Assembly (NCBI GenBank): GCA_965204735.1
Contig: OZ242008.1
Location: forward strand, 2,336,001-2,400,000
Reading direction: 5' to 3'
Source: Longimicrobiales bacterium
Lineage (GTDB): Bacteria > Gemmatimonadota > Gemmatimonadetes > Longimicrobiales > Gaopeijiaceae
Length of the DNA: 64,000 nt
Position numbers and translations under genes: made by a program. Shown here piece by piece: positions 57,506-64,000 of the stretch. The first letter of the stretch is position 1, and the number at the start of each line of letters is the position of its first letter. The notes below the pieces were generated by a model. It searched no databases, had not been told where the DNA came from, and was given only the letters and a program-made list of their open reading frames with translations.

Positions 57506-58740
57506 GAGGGCGCCCCCGCCTCCCACTCCGTCAGCTCCAAGATCGAGGTGCGCACGCGCCCGTCTTCCTCCAAGCTGGTCCAGGCGAGCATGAGGCGGTC
57601 CGGACCCAGGCGGGCGATGCGCGGAAAGCCCGACGCCCGCGCCGCGTCGGAGGCGGCCAAGCGCCGAAGGGGACCCTTGGCGCCGTCGGGAGCGACGCGG
57701 CGGCTTGCGATCGACACGCCGTCGGCGCCCCGCTCCAGCCAAGTCGCCAGGGCGGCGCCGTCGTCCAGCAGGACCACGTCCACTCGGCCCAGGGGACGGC
57801 CGCCGTCCAGCCGCGCCGGAGGGTCGAAGGTGGCACCGGCGTCGCCGGAGAAGGCCACGTTGACCTGGCCGTCGTCGTCGGGCGCCGTGAACCACGCCAC
57901 CGCTACCCAGCGTCCCCGGGCCGCCAGCGCAGGGCCGTTCACCGGGCAGCCCCCGATCGCCCAGCCGTCGTCGTGGACGGGAGTTCCTTCCGTCCAGCCC
58001 CCCTCCAGGAGCCGGGTCACGTGGATGTTGCGCACCTCCCCTTCGCCTCGGTCGCGGTAGGCCACGACCGGCACGCCGTCCGCCAGCACGGCGTCGGTCT
58101 GGCAGCACTCGCAGATGCGGGCGTCCAGCACGGCTTCCGGGCCGGGCCGACCGCCCCAGGGAAGCCGCCTGGCCCGCAACGACATTGGGCCGCCCTCTTC
58201 GACCATGGCGCGGCCGTCGAGCCACACCGCCCAGGGACCGTCCTCCGTCGCAAAGAACGAGACGAAGCCGTGCTCGGTGGGGGTTCCGTCGTCGTGGGGA
58301 GTCCAGGGCTCGGACCATGTCGCCCCGCCGTCCCCCGACCACGCGATGCGCACGCCGTAGTCGTAGGTCCCCCCACCGCCGCCGCGCTGAAGCCAGTGGG
58401 CCACCAGACGCCCGCCGACGGGCTGGATCGACGGGAAGTCGGCCCAGTTGACGAAGAAGTCGTCGCCCTCGGCCACGGTCTTCGCCGGACCCCAACCGTC
58501 TTCGTAGTAGGCGGCGGCGACCCGATGGCCGCCCGGAGCAGATTCGATCCAGCTCATCCACACGCCGTCGCCGGCGGACGCCAGGAAGGGCTGGCCGCTG
58601 CCCGGTCCGGCGGGGGAAGGAACGCCTCCGGGCAAGGACGTGGCTTCGTCCTGGGCGCAGGCTGCTGATCCAAGGGCCAGCAGGGCCGTCAGCCCGGCGA
58701 CCCGCAGGAGGGCTGCCGGCGGCATCGTCGGCGCAGTCAT
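57502..58740 (-). CDS. BNR-repeat/sialidase-like lipoprotein
   Basis: SAAC lipobox; FFVNWADFP, S.DGGATW, EHGFVS, CECCQT, W...GCPVNGP. Confidence 0.8.
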   Translation of the reverse strand: MTAPTMPPAALLRVAGLTALLALGSAACAQDEATSLPGGVPSPAGPGSGQPFLASAGDGVWMSWIESAPGGHRVAAAYYEDGWGPAKTVAEGDDFFVNWADFPSIQPVGGRLVAHWLQRGGGGGTYDYGVRIAWSGDGGATWSEPWTPHDDGTPTEHGFVSFFATEDGPWAVWLDGRAMVEEGGPMSLRARRLPWGGRPGPEAVLDARICECCQTDAVLADGVPVVAYRDRGEGEVRNIHVTRLLEGGWTEGTPVHDDGWAIGGCPVNGPALAARGRWVAVAWFTAPDDDGQVNVAFSGDAGATFDPPARLDGGRPLGRVDVVLLDDGAALATWLERGADGVSIASRRVAPDGAKGPLRRLAASDAARASGFPRIARLGPDRLMLAWTSLEEDGRVRTSILELTEWEAGAPS

Positions 58741-58959
58741 GGCGTACTCCATAAGCAGTGCGTGGCGGAGCTCCCCGCTCCCCGGCGGGGCGGCGAAAAA
58801 GGTGCGGCGAGACGGTGCGGAACACGACGCGCGCCTGGCCCGAAGGGGCGGCGTCACTTGGCGCAGGGAACGCGGCCCGGTATGGTAAGTGGAACCTTGC
58901 GCCCCACGTAGGGTAATGGAGTGGTGCACATCGCGACCACCAAGGGTAAGGAAGGCCTC

Positions 58960-61900
58960 ATGACTCGCTCCAAGATCGCCGCCCGGGCCGCCGTCGCCGG
59001 AGTCCTCGCGCTCCTCGCGTCGCTCCCGGCCTCGGCCTCGGCCCAGTACTTCGGGCGCAACAAGGTCCAGTACGAGGAGTTCGACTTCAAGGTCCTGACC
59101 ACGGCCAACTGGGAGATCCACTACTACCCCGACGCCGAGGACGCCATCGAGGACATCGCCCGCCTCGCCGAGCGCTGGTACGAGCGCTTCGCCCGGGCGT
59201 TCCAGCACGAGTTCGACGACCGGAAGCCCCTGGTCATCTACGCGGACCACCCCGACTTCCAGCAGACCAACACGCTGTCCGGCTCGATCAGCCAGGGCAC
59301 GGGCGGCGTCACCGAATCCCTCAAGAACCGGGTCATCATGCCCCTGACCGCCTCCTACCGGGAGACGGACAGGATCCTGGGCCACGAGCTGGTCCACGCC
59401 TTCCAGTACAACATCTCCCAGAGCCAGTCCGGCGGCGGGATCATGAACTTGGCCCAGATGCCCCTGTGGGTGGTGGAGGGGATGGCCGAGTACATGTCGA
59501 TGGGCCGGAACCACCCGCACACGGCCATGTGGCTTCGGGACCACCTTCTGCGGGACGACAAGCCCACCCTGAAGGAGATCACCCGAAACCGGAAGTACTT
59601 CGCGTACAGGTTCGGCCAGGGACTGATCTCGTACCTGGGGGGCACCTACGGGGACGACGCCGTGCAGGACCTCTTCCGCACGGCGCTGCGCACCGGATGG
59701 GAAGCGGCGATCGAACAGGTGTTCGGGATGCCCGAGGACACCTTGGCGATGCAGTGGTGGGAAGCGGTGGAGGCCGAGTACCGGCCCCTGATGGCAGGCA
59801 AGACCGATCCCCACGAGACCGGCGACGTTCTGCTGTGCGAGGAGTGCGGCGCCGGGCGGACCAACATCTCGCCCTCGATCAGTCCCGACGGGCGCTGGAT
59901 CGTCTTCCAGTCGGAGCGGGACCTCTTCTCGATGGACCTCTTCCTGGCCGAGGTGGAGACGGGGCGCATCCTCCGGCCCCTGCAGAGGAACCAGACCCCC
60001 TACATCGACGGCATCCGCTACGTGGACACCAGCGGCTCCTGGTCCCCGGACAGCCGGAAGCTGGCGTTCGTGATCCTGGCGGGCGGCAACAACCAGCTGG
60101 CGATCCTGGACGTGGCCACCGGCGCCTTGGAAGAGCGGATCGAGATCGAGGAGCTCGGGGCGATCCAGAACCCGGCTTGGTCGCCCGACGGCAGGCGGAT
60201 CGCCTTCTCGGGGCTGAAGGGCGGGATCACGGACCTGTACGTGTACGACCTGGAGACGGGGGGCGTGCAGCAGCTCACCAACGACAAGCACGCGGACATG
60301 CACCCGGCTTGGTCGCCCGACGGCCGCACCTTGGCCTTCACGTCGGACCGGGGCCCGGGGACGGACTTCGCGCAGCTGAGCTTCGGCAACTACGTCCTGT
60401 CGTTCCTGGACGTGGAGACGCTGGAGGTGGAGGCCCTGACCGTCTTCGCCGGCGCCAAGCACGTGAACCCCGTCTACGACCGGACGGGCGGCGGAATCTT
60501 CTTCGTGTCGGACCCCGACGGCTTCCCGGACGTCTTCCACCTGGACTTGGCGAGCGGCGAGATGCTGCGGATCACGCGGGCAGTCACGGGCGTGAGCGGG
60601 ATCACCATGCTCTCGCCGGCGATCTCCTACTCTCCGCAGCAGGACCTGCTGGCGTTCTCCGTGTTCCACGAACGGGGCTACATCGTCAACACGGCCAGGC
60701 CCGACGAGACCTCGACCTACGTGGACGTGGCGGCCGACGCGAGCGGGCCCCGCCCCGGGCGGCTCCTTCCCCCGGGAGCGCCCGCGATCCGCAGCCGGGT
60801 GGGCGGCTATCTGGACGACGCCCTTACCGGACTCGTCTCCGACAGCGTGTACACCGGCGCTCAGGCGGAGGAGTACAGTCCCTCCTTGAAGCTGGACTAC
60901 GTGGGCCAGCCGACGATCGGGGTCGGCGCCGACGCGTTCGGTTCGTACATCGGCGGCGGCGCGTACGCCTTCTTCAGCGACATGCTCGGCGACCGCTCCC
61001 TGGGGGTGTCCCTGAACGCCAACGGAACGATCAAGGACATCGGCGGCCAAGTCTTCTACCTCAACCAGAGGAAGCGCTGGAACTGGGGCGTGGGGGTGCA
61101 GCACACGCCCTACGTCCGCCAGTACTTCAGCTTTGGGCAGAACTCCTTCAACATCGTCCGCGAACGGATCTTCATCGACGCGGCACGGGGGCTGGTGGCG
61201 TTTCCCCTGTCGTCCACGCGCCGGCTCGAAGCCGGCTTGGGGTTCACCCGCTACAGCTTTGACGTGGAGCGGGACACGTACTACACCGATCCCTTCGGAC
61301 GGGTCGTGAACTTCGAGCGGACGGATCTGAACGCCCTGGAACGGGATCCGCTGAACTTGGCGTCCGTCTCCCTGGCGTTCGTGGGGGACAACTCGTTCCT
61401 CGCGTTCACGAGTCCCGTTCGCGGGTCGCGCTTCAGGGTCGCCGCCGAAGCGTACCACGGCACCGTCGGCTTTCAGTCGATCACGGCGGACTACCGTCGC
61501 TACTTCAACAACGGCGGCCCCGCGACGCTGGCGTTCCGCGGACTCCACTTCGGCAGATACGGCGACATCCAGAAGCTCGAAGAGAAGCAGCTCTCGCCGT
61601 ACTTCCTGGGCTACGAGACGCTGATTCGGGGCTACGCCTTCGATTCCTTCGACCGAAACCAGGACTGCACGGTCAGCCGCGCGGGCTCCACCTGCCCCGA
61701 GCTGGACCGGCTGTTCGGACAGCGCCTGGGCGTGGTCAACTTGGAACTCCGCCTGCCTCTGACGGGGATCGAGGAGTTCGGGATGATCAACTTCCCGTAC
61801 GTGCCGATCGAGCTGACGGCCTTCACCGACGTAGGGTACGCGTGGGACAGCGAGCGGCCCGGAGAGCTGCGCTGGTCGCGGAACTCGGCGGAACGGATTC

Positions 61901-62034
61901 CCCTGGCGTCGAGCGGGTTCTCGGCCCGCTTCAACGTCCTGGGGTTCGTGATCCTGGAAGGGTACTACGTCTACCCGTGGCAACGCCCCGAGAAGGGCTG
62001 GCACTGGGGCTTCCACATCGCCCCCGGCTGGTAG
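58960..62034 (+). CDS. Secreted metallopeptidase-like / PD40 propeller / BamA-TamA-like barrel fusion
   Basis: Signal peptide, QYFGRNKVQY, HELVH..EG.AEY zinc motif, P.WSPDG repeats, aromatic-ending beta C-terminus with YFLG....IRGY. Confidence 0.85.
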   Translation: MTRSKIAARAAVAGVLALLASLPASASAQYFGRNKVQYEEFDFKVLTTANWEIHYYPDAEDAIEDIARLAERWYERFARAFQHEFDDRKPLVIYADHPDFQQTNTLSGSISQGTGGVTESLKNRVIMPLTASYRETDRILGHELVHAFQYNISQSQSGGGIMNLAQMPLWVVEGMAEYMSMGRNHPHTAMWLRDHLLRDDKPTLKEITRNRKYFAYRFGQGLISYLGGTYGDDAVQDLFRTALRTGWEAAIEQVFGMPEDTLAMQWWEAVEAEYRPLMAGKTDPHETGDVLLCEECGAGRTNISPSISPDGRWIVFQSERDLFSMDLFLAEVETGRILRPLQRNQTPYIDGIRYVDTSGSWSPDSRKLAFVILAGGNNQLAILDVATGALEERIEIEELGAIQNPAWSPDGRRIAFSGLKGGITDLYVYDLETGGVQQLTNDKHADMHPAWSPDGRTLAFTSDRGPGTDFAQLSFGNYVLSFLDVETLEVEALTVFAGAKHVNPVYDRTGGGIFFVSDPDGFPDVFHLDLASGEMLRITRAVTGVSGITMLSPAISYSPQQDLLAFSVFHERGYIVNTARPDETSTYVDVAADASGPRPGRLLPPGAPAIRSRVGGYLDDALTGLVSDSVYTGAQAEEYSPSLKLDYVGQPTIGVGADAFGSYIGGGAYAFFSDMLGDRSLGVSLNANGTIKDIGGQVFYLNQRKRWNWGVGVQHTPYVRQYFSFGQNSFNIVRERIFIDAARGLVAFPLSSTRRLEAGLGFTRYSFDVERDTYYTDPFGRVVNFERTDLNALERDPLNLASVSLAFVGDNSFLAFTSPVRGSRFRVAAEAYHGTVGFQSITADYRRYFNNGGPATLAFRGLHFGRYGDIQKLEEKQLSPYFLGYETLIRGYAFDSFDRNQDCTVSRAGSTCPELDRLFGQRLGVVNLELRLPLTGIEEFGMINFPYVPIELTAFTDVGYAWDSERPGELRWSRNSAERIPLASSGFSARFNVLGFVILEGYYVYPWQRPEKGWHWGFHIAPGW

Positions 62035-62106
62035 CGTCGGCGAGCGGTCGCGAACTCCGTCTCGGCTCCGGCATGGACGTTCGCCCCGTTCCGCCTGCCG
62101 CCCACG

Positions 62107-63072
62107 TCAGAAGACGCTGATCGACAAGTAGCGGCTCGGGTTCGCCTTCAGGTCGTCCAACAGGTCCTTGAGGCTCCGGGCGGCGGCGTCCAGGGAGTGG
62201 TAGAGCGAGTCGTTCGCCGAAAGCTGGCCCAGGGTTCCTTCGCCCCGCTCGATCCGCGCCAGGACGGCGTTGAGCGACGACACCGACTCCTCCAGCGCGC
62301 GCGAAGTCCGGCTCATGCCGGTCAGCGCCGAGTCGGCGGAGGCCAAGGTCCGCCCCCACGCTTCGGCTCCGGTGATGCCTTCCACGTTCTCGGCCGACCG
62401 GTTCAGGGCGGCCAAGAGGGAGCGGACCTCGTCGGCTTGGCTCGCGGTGACCGCCGCCAGCTCGTCCAAGAGGTCGCGCAACGACGACACGGCGGCGCCC
62501 GCCCCCGCCACGGCCGAATCCGAGAGCAGGGCCTGGATGCGCCCCAGCACGTCGCCGGCGTCGTCGGCCAGGTCGCCCGCCGAGTCGAACACTCCCGGCA
62601 CCGCGGCGCCGGGCAGCTCGGTCATGGGCGCGAGGGCGCCGGGTCCCGGCCCGGGGACCACCGACACCACGGTGCCGCCCAGGATCCCCCCCGAAAGGAG
62701 CTCGGAGCGCGAGCCGGACGGAACCTGCCACTCGCCTTCGACCTCGAGGGTGATCAGCACGCTGTCGCCCTCCAGCGCGAAGCGGTGCACGCGCCCGATG
62801 TTGATCCCGCGCATCTGGACCGGATCGCCCTTGCGGATGCCCTGGGCGTCGTGCACGCGGGTGACCAGCATGTAGCGCCCCCGGAAGGTGGCCGGGCTGG
62901 TCATGAGGAAGAGGATCGTGAAGAAGCCCGCGATCCCCAGGATCACGAACAAGCCGACCCGGAAGTGGCGGGCGCCGGCCGTGGGCGGCACCGCCCGAAG
63001 AACCTCCTGGTCGGAAAGGCGCCGGGCTCCCGGCGCGCTCTGGTCGTTCATCTTCGCCCTCGCGTCGCTCAT
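62107..63072 (-). CDS. mlaD: MlaD/MCE-family protein
   Basis: N-terminal TM, G...GDPV...GI.IG.V, G.GTLG.L..D..LY, D.K.NP.RY. Confidence 0.92.
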   Translation of the reverse strand: MSDARAKMNDQSAPGARRLSDQEVLRAVPPTAGARHFRVGLFVILGIAGFFTILFLMTSPATFRGRYMLVTRVHDAQGIRKGDPVQMRGINIGRVHRFALEGDSVLITLEVEGEWQVPSGSRSELLSGGILGGTVVSVVPGPGPGALAPMTELPGAAVPGVFDSAGDLADDAGDVLGRIQALLSDSAVAGAGAAVSSLRDLLDELAAVTASQADEVRSLLAALNRSAENVEGITGAEAWGRTLASADSALTGMSRTSRALEESVSSLNAVLARIERGEGTLGQLSANDSLYHSLDAAARSLKDLLDDLKANPSRYLSISVF

Positions 63073-63911
63073 GTCGTCTCCACCACGTCGAGAGCGGCCT
63101 CGGCGGCCGCCCGGTCGACAAACGCCCTCACCACCGGGTCGGCGTCGGTCCGGAACGCTTCCGGCGTTCCGCAGAACCGGATGCGGCCGCCTTCCAGCAT
63201 GGCCACGCGATCGCACATCCAGAGGGCGCCCTCCACGTCGTGGGTCACGATCATGGAGGTGACCTGCAGGTCCTTCGAGAGGTCCGTGATCAAGCGCTCC
63301 ACCGCCGCCGTGTTCACGGGGTCCAGGCCGGTGGTGGGCTCGTCCCAGAGCAGGATGCTGGGCCGTCCCACGATCGCCCGGGCAATGCCGGCGCGCTTCT
63401 TCATTCCCCCGGAGAGCTCCGCCGGCAACAGCGAGAGCACCGAGTCGGGCTCGAGGTTGACCCGCTCCAGGGCCTTCCACACGGCTCGCGCGATCTCGGT
63501 TCGGCTCATGCGCCGCAAGCGGTCCGGCGGCAACCCCATCTGCACGTTCTGGTACACGTCCATGGAATCGAAGAGGGCGGCGTGCTGGAAGACGTAGCCG
63601 ACCTGCCGGCGAACCCGTGCCAGCGAGCCGTTCTCCCCGAAGTACACGGAGCGACCGTCCACTTCCACGTCGCCTCGGTCGGGGACCACCAGGCCGATCG
63701 TGGTCTTGAGGAGCACGCTCTTGCCGGTGCCCGACGGGCCGAAGAGCGCGAACATCTCGCCCGGCGCCACGTCGAGGTCGACGCCCGCCAGCACGGGGTG
63801 ACCGAACGCCTTGTGGGTGTTGCGGAAGCGAATCACGCTCGCGGCGCCCTCGCCGGACGGCCGGGGGCCGGCGCGACGACCTCGCTCGCTTCGGGGGCGA
63901 ACCGAGCTCAT
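63069..63911 (-). CDS. mlaF: MlaF-type ABC transporter ATPase
   Basis: GPSGTGKS, FQ..ALFDS, LSGGMKKR, DEPTTGLDP, VTHD. Confidence 0.93.
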   Translation of the reverse strand: MSSVRPRSERGRRAGPRPSGEGAASVIRFRNTHKAFGHPVLAGVDLDVAPGEMFALFGPSGTGKSVLLKTTIGLVVPDRGDVEVDGRSVYFGENGSLARVRRQVGYVFQHAALFDSMDVYQNVQMGLPPDRLRRMSRTEIARAVWKALERVNLEPDSVLSLLPAELSGGMKKRAGIARAIVGRPSILLWDEPTTGLDPVNTAAVERLITDLSKDLQVTSMIVTHDVEGALWMCDRVAMLEGGRIRFCGTPEAFRTDADPVVRAFVDRAAAEAALDVVETT

Positions 63912-64000
63912 TGCAGGAAGAGAGGCGGGAACAAGGCGTCGAGAATCAGCACGGTCAGGGTCTGAAACATGACCGAGGACGTGGTGGTGCGCCCCACGCC
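63908..64000 (-). CDS. mlaE: MlaE-type permease, C-terminal fragment (partial)
   Basis: GVGRTTTSSVM...LILD..F then TGA overlapping mlaF ATG. Confidence 0.85.
   Translation of the reverse strand, partial: GVGRTTTSSVMFQTLTVLILDALFPPLFLQ

Overview
High-GC (about 70% by eye) bacterial chromosomal window. The gene set (SusC/SusD pair, many lipoproteins, LptE/LpxH/Mla, ADP-heptose enzymes, large repeat surface protein) suggests a Gram-negative Gemmatimonadota-like, possibly host-associated organism; this is inference. Left to right: 5' part of a tandem-domain surface protein with a G28 tract at its start; an amtB / circularly permuted ATP-grasp / alpha-E / transglutaminase / TorF-like porin cluster; tRNA-Pro; housekeeping genes including a HemC homologue lacking its catalytic motifs; a MrpA-less Mrp antiporter operon; envelope and lipid genes with tRNA-Sec embedded; deoC plus a double-domain ALDH; a defence-rich stretch (ABC ATPase + small PD-(D/E)XK-like protein, ATPase-TOPRIM, McrBC, VapBC) interleaved with surface-glycosylation genes; a P450 with a tandemly duplicated heptad coiled-coil gene; SusCD; a long hendecad coiled-coil gene; and mlaDFE. 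No CRISPR array, transposase, integrase or reverse transcriptase was seen. All product calls come from motif recognition by eye, not database searches.
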